64,000 nt of DNA from contig RKRN01000109.1 in NCBI GenBank assembly GCA_007571365.1, positions 31,101 through 95,100 on the forward strand, in the 5' to 3' direction. The notes beneath the pieces are model-generated. The model worked only from the letters and a program-made list of their open reading frames with translations, was not told the DNA's origin and did no database searches. This DNA is from Candidatus Latescibacterota bacterium (GTDB lineage: Bacteria > Latescibacterota > UBA2968 > UBA8231). The position numbers were made by a program, and so were the translations under genes. Every line of letters starts with the position of its first letter. Within the stretch, counting starts at the first letter, position 1. Shown here piece after piece: positions 17,459 to 27,516 of this stretch.

Positions 17459-20400
17459 TCAGTTGAGGGTTTCTAGCTGGCGGCGCAGGGCATCGATCCG
17501 CTCGCGGGCTAGCCGTCCCTGCGGACTCTGGCCCCCTTCGCGACGTGTGATGCGCTCGTAGATGGTCACGGCCGTGGCGTGTTCGCCCAGCGACTCGTGG
17601 CAGTGGGCGCGCTGGAAATCCGCCGAGGTGATCCACATGCTGAGCCCTTGGCTACCGTGGTAACTGACTTTGTAATAGGCTTGAATCGCCTTGCGGTACT
17701 CGCCCATATTCTGATAGGATTCGCCAATGTAAAACCGGGCTTCTGAGGCACTGTTACCATCAAGTAACTGTTGGGAGAGTAGCTCGTCTAGCTGTTCAAT
17801 GGCTTGGGCGTATTGGCCCTTATTCTTGAGGATGATACCCAGTTCGAGTTGGAGCTCGATGGCTTTGGGATGCTCGGGGTATTGGCTCAGTAGCTGATCG
17901 GCTACTTGGTGAGCGGCCTCGTACTCGTGGGCACTTTGGTAGCTTTTGAGCAGTTTCCACATCGCATCTTGGGCCTGATCACTACCGACTTCTGGCGCGT
18001 CCAAGGCGTGTTTGTAGGCCCCTGCCGCTTGCAGGAAGTTGTGCAGCGAAAAGTGGTAGTCCCCCAAGCGCAAGTAGGCGTCGGCTACCTGAGGACTCGC
18101 CGGATACTCTCGTACAAAGCGCGATATGGCCTCCAATGCGAACGCCGCCCCCTCCTCGCTAGGCCTCGCCTTGTTTCGCTTCCACAGGGTTATGGCCATC
18201 CAATAGGCTCCGTCGTCGGCCCATGTGTCTCCTTGCTTTTCTACCTCTCGAAACAACTCGTAAGACTTTTTGTAGTTACCAGCCTGCAAATAGTGTTTCC
18301 CCTCTTCAAGCCGGAAGTGTTGACGCCACTCCGTTTCTTCCTTGAACCGCTTGGCAAATTGCTTGGCTAGCTTGCGTGCTTCCTCGATGCGCTTGAGTTG
18401 GAATAAGGAGAGGACGGCTTGTCCGTGGATCAAGGCGTCCTCGCTTTGCTTCAGCAAGGGCCGATAGAGTCGGTAGGCTTGTTTGTATTGCTTGAGGGCA
18501 AAGGCGATGTGGCCGGCCCGCGCCGAGGCTTCGGTCGCCAATCCGCTGGAGGTAAATTCTTGGCCGACCTTGCGGAAGAGCCGAAAGGCGTCGTCTTCCT
18601 GACCCAACCTTAGTTGCAGTACTGCTTGGGCGAAGTAGATGCTGTCTAGTCCAGCCGGGTTTGGCTCTTCGGCGAGTATTTGCCGATAGGTCTCCATGGC
18701 CTCGCCATAGCGGTTGAGATGGTGATAAGCGCGGCCAATTCGTCGAAGAATCGGTTCTCTGTCGTCGGAGATTGTCGAGTTGGAGACTAGTGGTCTATAT
18801 AGCTCGACGGCGGCGGCGTACTGGCCGAGCTGAAAATAGGTATCGCCCAACAGTTTCTGGGCGGCGCGGCGCTGGGGAAAGGCCGGGTAGCCCCAGCGCA
18901 ATTCTTGCAGTCGGGCAATGGCTTCTTGGGTCCGCTCCTGCGCTAAGCGGATATGGCCCAGTTCAAAGAGCACCGGTGCTGTCAGCGGATTATTGGGATA
19001 GTCTCGCAGAACGCGCTCGAGCAAATCGGCCGCTGCTTTGTGTCGACCTTTTTGCACTAGGCAAAGACTCTTGCCGTATAGAGCGTGGGGTACTAGTGGA
19101 CTGTTGGAAGAGAGCCGACGAAGCTGATCGTAGGCCGCAATGGCTCCGTCGAACCAAGTAGTATCAGTCTCGCCGAGTTGGCGGCGAACATCGCCTAGCT
19201 GTAAAAGGGCTTGGTCTAGATGGACACTGTGCTCTTTGGCAAACTCGGCGACAAAAGCGGCAATCCCCTCTTCGAGCGTCAACAATCGCAGCGGGGCGGG
19301 GCGGTCTTCGGCTTCAAGTTTAATGAGGCTAAGTCGTGTGCGCCGGGCCCAAGTGCCGGCGGTGGGGGCTTGTTCGACGAGAACGCGGTATTCCCGCAGG
19401 GCTAGCTCCCGTAGCGAGTCTGCGCTGGCCGGCTGCGCTTCTAACTGGCGTTGGCGGGCGAGTCGGAGTAGGCTTTCGGCCAGAAAGTACTGTGCCTCAT
19501 CCTTGTAGGGGTCGTCTGGATAGGCCCTGGCATAGTGTTTGAAAAATTGGATAGCCGCGACAAAATCGTGGTGCGCGAACAGCTCCCGGGCGACCGCTAG
19601 CTGCACTAGCTGACGCGACTTGCCGCTCAGCTCATCGAGCCAGGCTTTTTGCAAGGCCCGGCTAAGGTCGCCCGGGTCCAAGACGGTAAATTCGCGTAGG
19701 TATTCGATTCGCTGGCGCACCTTTTCGCTCTGGTGGTCGGCGGGGAAGAGTTCGAGGAAGGCCACGTACTCGCGCAGTGCCGCACGCGGTTGTCCGCTTT
19801 GCTCAAGGGTTTGAGCGAGGGCGAGCTGCGCTTTGGTCGCCACTTCGTCCTGACCCGAAGCTAGTTGGCGATAGAAAGATATGGCTTCTTCGTAGTAGCC
19901 GGTTGAGGCGTAGAGGGCGGCGAGTTCGAAGCGCACGGCGTTGGCATCGGCGGCCGCCTCGGCTTCCTGTAGGTAACGGCGGTACCAAGTTATCGCATGG
20001 CTGTGGAAAGCGGCGATCCCTTCTCCGAAAGTTAATAACCGCAGCGAATCGGAGCTGTCCTCGGCTTCGCTGTCGCCGCGCCGCTTATAGAGGGCTCCTA
20101 GTTCCCTCAGCGCACTAATGGCTTCAGGGCTGTTGCCGGCTTGGATCAATCCTTGAAAAAGGCCTACTGCGCGGGCGAATTGTCCGGTTTGGCCCAGAAC
20201 GATGGCTCGGCCTAGCTGTGCCTTGAGGTAAGCGGGGTGGCCGGGTTGAAGCATGGTGCTCAGCTTGTCGTAATGGGCGATGGCTTCGCGCGTCTGATGA
20301 CTCTGGCGTCGGGCGTCGGCCAGCCCTAGGAGCGCACTTTCTTTGAGAGCGCGGTCGCCGATTTTGTTAAAGGCCCGCTGATAGGCGTCCCCGGCTTGGC

Positions 20401-21202
20401 TAAAAAGGCGCGAGTTATAGAGATAGTCTGCGCGGTCTAGAGAGGCACTGTCGGTCTGCGCCGCCTTGGGAAAGAGCCGCTCCAGCGACTTGAACTGCTT
20501 CTCCGCGTTTTCCCTGTTGCCCATAAAGAGAGCGATGCGTCCTCCGAGGAGTAGGGCACTAGGAGCGAGAGAAGGTGGTGGTTTAGTGGCGGCGATTTGC
20601 CCGAGGAGTTGTTGGGCTTCTGCGGCCCGACCAGCCGCAAAGTGCAACTGGGCCAGCCGATAGCGCGCCAGATGCGCTTGGTCGGACCTCGCGTAATCGG
20701 CCAGCAGACGTCCATAAGCAGCTTCGGCTTGCCGCAAATTTTCGGCGCGGGTATAATTAGCCGCTGCTTCAATCAAGGCACTGGCGGCGAAATCGCTGGT
20801 GCTGAAACGACGCTGCAACTCTTCGTACGATCGGGCAGCCAGCAGGTATTGACCTTGCTCGGCCAAACAAGCCGCGCGCTCGCGCCGTGCGTTGGCGGCG
20901 TTCAACAAGTGATCGGGATGTTCGAGGTAAAACGTCTCGTAGGCTGGTGCCGCTAGGTCACAACGGCCGCTCTGGCGGTACGCACGCGCTAGCATCAGTC
21001 GGGCCTCAGCTAGCTGCGGACTATCGGGATAATTGCGAACAAACTCGGCGAATAGCCCAGCGGCCGTGGCGTAGTCGCCGGCATCCCGGAAGAGATTGCG
21101 GGCTAGTTTGAAGTCGTCCTCTGCGCTCGCTTGCGCCCAACTCTGGGTGCTTAGGCAGAGGAGAAGCACTAATATCAACTTTGGCAACATATCGATCCTC
21201 AA
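17459..21202 (-). CDS. Large exported tetratricopeptide-repeat protein (BamD/YbgF-like repeats)
   Basis: Signal peptide ending SWAQ; many TPR units with YP.S turns. Confidence 0.88.
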   Translation of the reverse strand: MRIDMLPKLILVLLLCLSTQSWAQASAEDDFKLARNLFRDAGDYATAAGLFAEFVRNYPDSPQLAEARLMLARAYRQSGRCDLAAPAYETFYLEHPDHLLNAANARRERAACLAEQGQYLLAARSYEELQRRFSTSDFAASALIEAAANYTRAENLRQAEAAYGRLLADYARSDQAHLARYRLAQLHFAAGRAAEAQQLLGQIAATKPPPSLAPSALLLGGRIALFMGNRENAEKQFKSLERLFPKAAQTDSASLDRADYLYNSRLFSQAGDAYQRAFNKIGDRALKESALLGLADARRQSHQTREAIAHYDKLSTMLQPGHPAYLKAQLGRAIVLGQTGQFARAVGLFQGLIQAGNSPEAISALRELGALYKRRGDSEAEDSSDSLRLLTFGEGIAAFHSHAITWYRRYLQEAEAAADANAVRFELAALYASTGYYEEAISFYRQLASGQDEVATKAQLALAQTLEQSGQPRAALREYVAFLELFPADHQSEKVRQRIEYLREFTVLDPGDLSRALQKAWLDELSGKSRQLVQLAVARELFAHHDFVAAIQFFKHYARAYPDDPYKDEAQYFLAESLLRLARQRQLEAQPASADSLRELALREYRVLVEQAPTAGTWARRTRLSLIKLEAEDRPAPLRLLTLEEGIAAFVAEFAKEHSVHLDQALLQLGDVRRQLGETDTTWFDGAIAAYDQLRRLSSNSPLVPHALYGKSLCLVQKGRHKAAADLLERVLRDYPNNPLTAPVLFELGHIRLAQERTQEAIARLQELRWGYPAFPQRRAAQKLLGDTYFQLGQYAAAVELYRPLVSNSTISDDREPILRRIGRAYHHLNRYGEAMETYRQILAEEPNPAGLDSIYFAQAVLQLRLGQEDDAFRLFRKVGQEFTSSGLATEASARAGHIAFALKQYKQAYRLYRPLLKQSEDALIHGQAVLSLFQLKRIEEARKLAKQFAKRFKEETEWRQHFRLEEGKHYLQAGNYKKSYELFREVEKQGDTWADDGAYWMAITLWKRNKARPSEEGAAFALEAISRFVREYPASPQVADAYLRLGDYHFSLHNFLQAAGAYKHALDAPEVGSDQAQDAMWKLLKSYQSAHEYEAAHQVADQLLSQYPEHPKAIELQLELGIILKNKGQYAQAIEQLDELLSQQLLDGNSASEARFYIGESYQNMGEYRKAIQAYYKVSYHGSQGLSMWITSADFQRAHCHESLGEHATAVTIYERITRREGGQSPQGRLARERIDALRRQLETLN

Positions 21203-21273
21203 GAGTATGTCAATCTGACACTTATATTATCTATAAATGTAAATATAGTAAAATGCGGTCAAGGTGTGCAGCG

Positions 21274-22131
21274 ATGGAGAGTCTATTGGTCGAAAAAGCA
21301 TACGGAAAAATAAATTTAGGGCTTAAGGTTGTTGGCCGCCGCCCCGATGGCTACCACGAGATTCTCAGTGTGGCTCAATGCGTGGACTTAGCGGATGTCT
21401 TGTATTTTGAATTAGCTTCCTCCGATCAGTTGACCTGTAGCCTCGATAGCCTAGCGACGGGGCCAGACAATTTGGTATGCCGTGCAGTTGACGCCTTTCG
21501 TGCTCAGCTCGACCGCCCGGCTCAGTCTTTCCGCATCCACTTAAAAAAGAATATACCCATAGGCGCGGGTCTAGGCGGGGGTAGTGCCGACGCAGCCGCG
21601 ACCCTGCGAGCACTCAATCGCTTCTATGACCAGCCATTCTCAAACGCAGACCTCTGCCAGATCGCCGCCACCCTTGGCTCAGATATTCCCTTCCTAGTGG
21701 AAGGCGGCACCGCTCTAATGAGAGGCCGAGGCGAGATACTCGAACAGCTTGGTTGGGAGGGCTCGGTTTTTTACGTGTTGGCATACCCCGAAGTCGAGAT
21801 CAGCACGGCGTGGGCGTATGGCCAACTTGGCCCCATCTTGACAGAAAATTCTCCCTATTTTAACTTTATTGTTTCCCTGAGCGGCGGGTGCGTTGACCGC
21901 GATAGGTTATTTGAAGTGCTGGAGAACGACTTCACGCCCGTGGTAGATCGCACCTATCCCATCGTCGCAGAACTTCGTTCTCAACTGGACCGAGTGAGTG
22001 CTCGCGCTACGTCCATGTCGGGCAGCGGCTCCACTGTTTACGGTATCTTCGACGACCGGAAAACCGCCTCTCAGGCGTACAACGCACTGCAAAGGCAAGG
22101 TTGCCGGTCTTTTTTATGTCAGCCGGTCTAA
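21274..22131 (+). CDS. ispE: 4-diphosphocytidyl-2-C-methyl-D-erythritol kinase
   Basis: KINLGL, RPDGYH, GAGLGGGSADAA, MSGSGS; start set at ATG 21274. Confidence 0.96.
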   Translation: MESLLVEKAYGKINLGLKVVGRRPDGYHEILSVAQCVDLADVLYFELASSDQLTCSLDSLATGPDNLVCRAVDAFRAQLDRPAQSFRIHLKKNIPIGAGLGGGSADAAATLRALNRFYDQPFSNADLCQIAATLGSDIPFLVEGGTALMRGRGEILEQLGWEGSVFYVLAYPEVEISTAWAYGQLGPILTENSPYFNFIVSLSGGCVDRDRLFEVLENDFTPVVDRTYPIVAELRSQLDRVSARATSMSGSGSTVYGIFDDRKTASQAYNALQRQGCRSFLCQPV

Positions 22132-22161
22132 TCCAAGGTAGTGCGAGGCACACAGATAGGT

Positions 22162-22236
22162 AGCCCGGTCGTTCAATTGGTAGGACAACGGATTTTGGTT
22201 CCGTTTATCGAGGTTCGAGTCCTCGCCGGGCTGCCA
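22162..22236 (+). tRNA. tRNA-Gln(UUG)
   Basis: Acceptor AGCCCGG/CCGGGCT, anticodon arm ACGGA-TTTTGGT-TCCGT, GGTTCGAGTCC, encoded CCA. Confidence 0.96.
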
Positions 22237-22281
22237 TTATGCCATTGATATTTGAATTAAGTCTTTTGAGGAGATTTTTCG

Positions 22282-22980
22282 ATGCCGCAAGTTCCGCTAC
22301 AGATCCAAGCGCGCGAGCAGGTTGTGCTCAAAGTTCAGTCCCGCCAAGAGCAGGGCAAAGGGCCGGTGGGCCAGATGCGTCGCCTACAGGGCCAGTTACC
22401 CGGGGTGATATACGGCCACAATCAGCCTGCTGAGTCCTTCAAGACGGATGCTCATACCTTGGAACGCATCCTGAGCCGGGGCGGGAAAAACGCGATCATC
22501 TTGGTTGAACACGAAGAGTCCGATAAGGCCTCTGAGCAGGCCCTGATTCGCGACATCCAATACCACAAGGTGCGCGGCGATGTGCTGCATTTAGACCTTC
22601 TACGCATCGATCCAAGCGAGACGCTGCGCGCCAATGTTCCAATCTTGACAGAGGGAGTGCCCGAAGGCGTCCGCAACGAAGGCGGGGCCTTGCAGCAGAC
22701 GCTGACCTCAATCGAAATGGAATGCGTTGTGTCGGAAATGCCCTCCCTGGTGGTGATCGACATTTCTTCTTTGGTTATCGGTGATAGTCTGCACGTGGGC
22801 GATCTCATTGAACAAGAGCCGCGCATTACCACCGAGCTAGATCGCACGATTGTTAATATCTTGACTCCGCGCTTGATCGCTGCCGAGGAAGAAGCCGAAG
22901 AGGCCGAAGCTCCCGAAGGTGAAGAAGAGGCCGTCAGAGATGGCGAGGGCGGCGAAGAAGAGGCAGGCGGCAGGGAGTAG
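22282..22980 (+). CDS. rplY: 50S ribosomal protein L25/Ctc
   Basis: PGVIYG, HLDLLR, GDSLHV; acidic tail; upstream of pth. Confidence 0.95.
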   Translation: MPQVPLQIQAREQVVLKVQSRQEQGKGPVGQMRRLQGQLPGVIYGHNQPAESFKTDAHTLERILSRGGKNAIILVEHEESDKASEQALIRDIQYHKVRGDVLHLDLLRIDPSETLRANVPILTEGVPEGVRNEGGALQQTLTSIEMECVVSEMPSLVVIDISSLVIGDSLHVGDLIEQEPRITTELDRTIVNILTPRLIAAEEEAEEAEAPEGEEEAVRDGEGGEEEAGGRE

Positions 22981-22982
22981 AT

Positions 22983-23540
22983 TTGCAAGTAGCCTTAGGT
23001 TTGGGCAATCCCGGTGTACGCTACGCATCAACGCGGCACAACATAGGATTTATGGTGATAGATCGCCTAGCGGCCCGCTGTGGTGTTGGCTGGCAGTATC
23101 AAGCAGACGTACAGGGCCAAGTGGGCCAAGTGGTGCTGGGCGGTCAGGAAGTGTTATTGGTCAAGCCCCAGACCTATATGAACCGCAGCGGCTGCACCGC
23201 CGCGGCCCTTTGCGCCCAATGGGAGGTCCCCCCCGAAGATGTAGTGGTCGTTTTCGACGATTTCCTTCTTGACTTCGGGCGTCTGCGCTTTCGCCGTGGA
23301 GGCAGTGATGGTGGGCACAACGGTTTGGCTTCGGTTCTCGAAACACTCAACACGGAGGCGGTGCCGCGTCTGCGCCTAGGGATCGGTATCCCACCCGCAG
23401 GTGCGGACATCATCGACTACGTCCTAGCTCCGTTTTCCCCAGCAGACGAGGTAGAATGCTTGATTGAGCGAGGGAATGCGGCGCTTGAAGTGTACTACGC
23501 CGAAGGCATTGAGGTGGCCATGAACCGGTTCAACGGTTAA
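22983..23540 (+). CDS. pth: Peptidyl-tRNA hydrolase
   Basis: GLGNPG..Y..TRHNIGF, KPQTYMN.SG, GGHNGL. Confidence 0.96.
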   Translation: MQVALGLGNPGVRYASTRHNIGFMVIDRLAARCGVGWQYQADVQGQVGQVVLGGQEVLLVKPQTYMNRSGCTAAALCAQWEVPPEDVVVVFDDFLLDFGRLRFRRGGSDGGHNGLASVLETLNTEAVPRLRLGIGIPPAGADIIDYVLAPFSPADEVECLIERGNAALEVYYAEGIEVAMNRFNG

Positions 23541-23569
23541 GAGATAAAGTAACCGAGGGAGGGTTACAA

Positions 23570-25618
23570 ATGCATATAGAAATCTGGACAAGCGCAGCAC
23601 CGTTCATGGGTCTGGGTGGTTTGCTTTGCTCGCTTTTACTGTACTTTTACATCAAAAGGTCTCCGGCTGGTACTCCAGAGATGGTGGAGATCTCAGAGGC
23701 TATCCACGAGGGAGCGATGGCCTTTCTCAGACGCGAGTACACCATTCTCGCCGGGTTTATCGTTATCGTCTTTGTCCTCCTTTTTGCTCTCGTGGGAGCC
23801 CATACCGCGTACGCTTTTTTGTCGGGAGCTGTCTGCTCCATTTTGGCCGGTTACACCGGCATGAAGGCGGCCTGTCACGCCAATGTGCGCACCGCCCAAG
23901 CAGCCAACCAGTACGGCCAAGGGTCGGCACTGAACATCGCTTTTTCAGGGGGCGCAGTGATGGGACTTGCAGTGGCTGGCCTAGGGCTTTTTGGCATTGG
24001 AGTATTGGCTAGTGCCATTGGTGTCTGGGACGATATAAGCCAATCATCCACGATCAATGGCTTCGCTATGGGGGCCTCTTCAATTGCTCTTTTCGCACGC
24101 GTTGGCGGTGGCATCTTCACCAAGACCGCTGATGTGGGGGCCGACTTGGTGGGCAAGGTGGAGGCGGGAATTCCCGAGGACGACCCCCGCAATCCAGCCG
24201 TTATCGCCGACAATGTCGGCGACAATGTCGGCGATGTCGCTGGCATGGGTGCCGATATCTTTGAATCGTACGTCGGATCGGTCATTGCTACCATTGCTAT
24301 CGCCGCCACCGCATCCGCGTCACTGCTGGCCACTCTCGCTCCCGGTATCTCCGATCCGACCGAGGCGAAACTTGCGGCGATGAGCTTCCCGCTGATCGTC
24401 ATCACGATCGGTATAGCCGCGTCGCTGCTGGGCGTGTTGATGGTGCGGGTACTGCAGAATTTTGATCCCGGTGCCGCATTGCGCTACTCGACTTGGGTTG
24501 CTGCCGCACTAGTGATTTTGGGTGCTTGGTGGGTCGCCGGGACAATCGGCCTATCCAATCAGCCGGTGTGGGCCCTGTGCGCGGGCTGCTTGGCTGGGAT
24601 CGCTATCGGTCTTTTTACCGAGTACTACACCGGCGGCAAGCCCATCCGTACCATCGCTGAGACCTCCAAGACCGGCGTGGCGACCAATATCATTTCCGGC
24701 CTAGCCATAGGCATGGAAAGCGTCGTCCTGCCGACCTTGGGGATCGTCGTCGCCATTGGCTTGGCCTTCCACTTTGCCGGGCTTTTTGGGATCGGCATCG
24801 CCGCTGTCGGTATGCTGGCCACAGTAGGTATCACCATGTCGGTTGACGCCTATGGTCCCATCGCCGACAACGCCGGCGGCATTACCGAAATGGCGGGCTT
24901 GGGCGAAGACACGCGCAAAATTACCGATGGCCTCGACTCGCTCGGCAACACGACCGCGGCCATGGGCAAAGGATTTGCCATTGGCTCGGCGGCGTTGACG
25001 GCGTTGGCGCTTTTTTCCGCCTATTCCTCCGCTATTGAGACCGTAACCGGCGAGCCGATCGTCATTGACGTGACGACGCCAGTTGTCGTTGGCGGGCTTT
25101 TTATTGGCGCGATGATTCCCTACCTCGCGGCCTCCATCACCATGACCTCGGTCGGCAAGGCCGCCTTCAAGATGGTCGAGGAAGTCCGGCGTCAGTTCCG
25201 CGAGATTGAGGGCCTGATGGAAGGCAAAGCCAAACCCGATACGCGACGCTGCGTGGAGATTAGTACGGCCGCGGCTCTGCGCGAAATGATTCTTCCGGGT
25301 CTGTTGGCGGTGTTGGCTCCGGTCGCTGTTGGTTTCGGGCTCGGTCCCATCGCCTTAGGCGGAATGCTCGCCGGGGCGACGGTCAGCGGCGTCCTGTTGG
25401 CTCTGATGATGGCCAACAGCGGCGGAGCTTGGGACAACGCCAAAAAGTGGATCGAAGAGGGCCATTTGGGGGGCAAAGGATCTGACCCCCACAAAGCCGC
25501 GGTCGTCGGCGATACGGTTGGCGACCCATTCAAGGACACCTCGGGGCCGTCTCTCAACATACTCATCAAGCTGATGTCGGTGATATCTCTCGTCCTGGCA
25601 CCGCTTTTTGCCGTCTGA
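23570..25618 (+). CDS. hppA: Membrane pyrophosphatase, K+-dependent, probably Na+-translocating
   Basis: [23 protein letters not shown] (Ala = K+-dependent), DIFESY. Confidence 0.95.
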   Translation: MHIEIWTSAAPFMGLGGLLCSLLLYFYIKRSPAGTPEMVEISEAIHEGAMAFLRREYTILAGFIVIVFVLLFALVGAHTAYAFLSGAVCSILAGYTGMKAACHANVRTAQAANQYGQGSALNIAFSGGAVMGLAVAGLGLFGIGVLASAIGVWDDISQSSTINGFAMGASSIALFARVGGGIFTKTADVGADLVGKVEAGIPEDDPRNPAVIADNVGDNVGDVAGMGADIFESYVGSVIATIAIAATASASLLATLAPGISDPTEAKLAAMSFPLIVITIGIAASLLGVLMVRVLQNFDPGAALRYSTWVAAALVILGAWWVAGTIGLSNQPVWALCAGCLAGIAIGLFTEYYTGGKPIRTIAETSKTGVATNIISGLAIGMESVVLPTLGIVVAIGLAFHFAGLFGIGIAAVGMLATVGITMSVDAYGPIADNAGGITEMAGLGEDTRKITDGLDSLGNTTAAMGKGFAIGSAALTALALFSAYSSAIETVTGEPIVIDVTTPVVVGGLFIGAMIPYLAASITMTSVGKAAFKMVEEVRRQFREIEGLMEGKAKPDTRRCVEISTAAALREMILPGLLAVLAPVAVGFGLGPIALGGMLAGATVSGVLLALMMANSGGAWDNAKKWIEEGHLGGKGSDPHKAAVVGDTVGDPFKDTSGPSLNILIKLMSVISLVLAPLFAV

Positions 25619-25656
25619 AGGCTGTGCCTCAGACCAGAACTAAGAAAGCGCAAACA

Positions 25657-26175
25657 ATGAGAAACTACGAACTCGTATGTATCTTGGATCCCCAAGTCGG
25701 CGAGGGCCAATACGAACAAGTCGTCGAAAAATACGAGGCGCATCTCGAAGAAAACGGAGGGCAAGTCGCCCGAATCGACAATTGGGGCCTGCGGCGTCTA
25801 GCCTATACTTCGGCTAGCCTGAAGAATCGGCATCAAGGCTACTACGTGCTCTATCAGTTTTCCGCTAAGCCAACGGCGATCGAAGGGCTGGAGCAGACGC
25901 TAAAGCTCGACGAAGCGGTGCTGCGCTATCTCATCACTGCGGTCGAAGGCGAGTTTATCCACGTGCCCCAGCTAGCCGCCGACAACTTCCTCGAAGAAGC
26001 CTTTGCCCGAACGACCCGCGGCCCGAGGGACCGAGGGGGCCCACATCGAGACTCCCGCGGCCCGAGGGACCGCGCCGACAGCCGGCGCAATACTGCCTCT
26101 GAGGACGATGAGCCTAGGGAGGTAGTAGAAGGGGCACCCGAAGAGGCCGTAGTCCAAGAGTCCGACGACTCTTAG
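25657..26175 (+). CDS. rpsF: 30S ribosomal protein S6 with long charged C-terminal tail
   Basis: MRNYE, WGLRRLAY, GYY, VLRYL. Confidence 0.94.
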   Translation: MRNYELVCILDPQVGEGQYEQVVEKYEAHLEENGGQVARIDNWGLRRLAYTSASLKNRHQGYYVLYQFSAKPTAIEGLEQTLKLDEAVLRYLITAVEGEFIHVPQLAADNFLEEAFARTTRGPRDRGGPHRDSRGPRDRADSRRNTASEDDEPREVVEGAPEEAVVQESDDS

Positions 26176-26187
26176 CGTCGGCAGCCG

Positions 26188-27000
26188 ATGCTGATCCTGC
26201 TGGGCATAGTGCTGGCGGTCATTTCGCTCTTGACCAGTTTGCGCTACGGCTCGCGCGGAGCCTTGCCCTTGATTGGCTTACTTTGCTTGGGTGCCGTCAT
26301 GTTGCTAGGTGTCATGTTGGGGCTGGTGCCCATTATGGGGTTGCTCGCTGTTTTGCAAATAGAGCGTCAGCAGACCTATGGTCGCGTCATGGCCATGGCC
26401 TGTGCGCCGCCGGTCGGCTTGTGTTTCTGGCAGTTAATTCAGGTGCGCGATGGCGCACATCGCCAAGAGCAAGCCGCTGCCATCTTGGAGCAGTTCCAAG
26501 CCTTGGGGATGGCTTTAGAGGAAAGCGGCCAGGCCCTAAGCGCGGTGATTGACGCGGTTCTGCGAGTGCAGCCAGCCATCGAGATGGCCACTCTGCTTTT
26601 GATTTTTGTCGTGGCGTATCGGTTGAGCCAAGGCTTGGCCTTGCGGTTGGGGCTGTCGCTGCCTGCTCCCCTGCCGCTGGTTTTGTGGCGGCCTTGGGAA
26701 GAGTTGATCTGGGTATTAATCGCGGCCTTGGGTCTAAGCCTTTTGAGCGGTGGGTTGCTGGCCGACTTAGGCCTCAATTTGATCGTGTTGATGGGGATTA
26801 TCTACGCAGTGCAAGGCTTGGCCGTCTTGCGTTTTTTTGCCCAGCGCCAACGGGTGCCGCCATTGGTTGAGTTGTTGTTTTACGTAGGGCTTTTCTTTGT
26901 CGCGGGCTTGGCGTTTCTGCTCTTGGCAGGACTGGGGCTTTTGGATACTTGGTTCGATTGGCGTCGGCTGCGTCCGGCTCCCACAGAGGAAGAAGCGTAA
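26188..27000 (+). CDS. DUF2232/YybS-family membrane protein
   Basis: Hydrophobic; QGLAV and GLLDTWFDWRR; typical position before rplI. Confidence 0.85.
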   Translation: MLILLGIVLAVISLLTSLRYGSRGALPLIGLLCLGAVMLLGVMLGLVPIMGLLAVLQIERQQTYGRVMAMACAPPVGLCFWQLIQVRDGAHRQEQAAAILEQFQALGMALEESGQALSAVIDAVLRVQPAIEMATLLLIFVVAYRLSQGLALRLGLSLPAPLPLVLWRPWEELIWVLIAALGLSLLSGGLLADLGLNLIVLMGIIYAVQGLAVLRFFAQRQRVPPLVELLFYVGLFFVAGLAFLLLAGLGLLDTWFDWRRLRPAPTEEEA

Positions 27001-27044
27001 GGCTCAAGCAACAGTGCCGTTTTCTATGAAGTGGAGGACAAGTC

Positions 27045-27488
27045 GTGAAAGTGATTCTATTAAAGGACATTGAATCCTTGGGTTTGGCCGGCGAGGTCGT
27101 GGAGGTGAAGAACGGGTATGGTCGCAACTTCCTGATCCCTCGCAGTGAGGCCTTGATCGCCAGCACTGCCAACATGGCTCAATTTGAGTCTAGGCGCAAA
27201 CAGCAAGAGACCTTGGCCGAGCGCGACCTCCGCGCCACCGAGGCTCTCGCCAAAAAGCTGGAAGCGGAGTCTCTCACCGCGCAAGTCAAGGTTGGCGAGG
27301 AGGACCGCCTCTTCGGTTCGGTAACTGCCCAACATATCGCTGAATTGCTGGGTGAAAAGGGCTACCAGATAGATCGCCGCGCTATCCTTCTCGAAGACCC
27401 CATCCGCGAATTGGGTGTTTACAATGTCGAAGTGCGCCTCCACCCGGAGGTAGCAACAGCGGTCAAGCTCTGGGTCGTCAAGCAGTAG
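27045..27488 (+). CDS. rplI: 50S ribosomal protein L9
   Basis: MKVILL, VKNGYGRNFLIP, RLFGSVT. Confidence 0.97.
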   Translation: MKVILLKDIESLGLAGEVVEVKNGYGRNFLIPRSEALIASTANMAQFESRRKQQETLAERDLRATEALAKKLEAESLTAQVKVGEEDRLFGSVTAQHIAELLGEKGYQIDRRAILLEDPIRELGVYNVEVRLHPEVATAVKLWVVKQ

Positions 27489-27516
27489 TGCCCTCCCTCC
27501 TCAGCGGAGGTAATTC

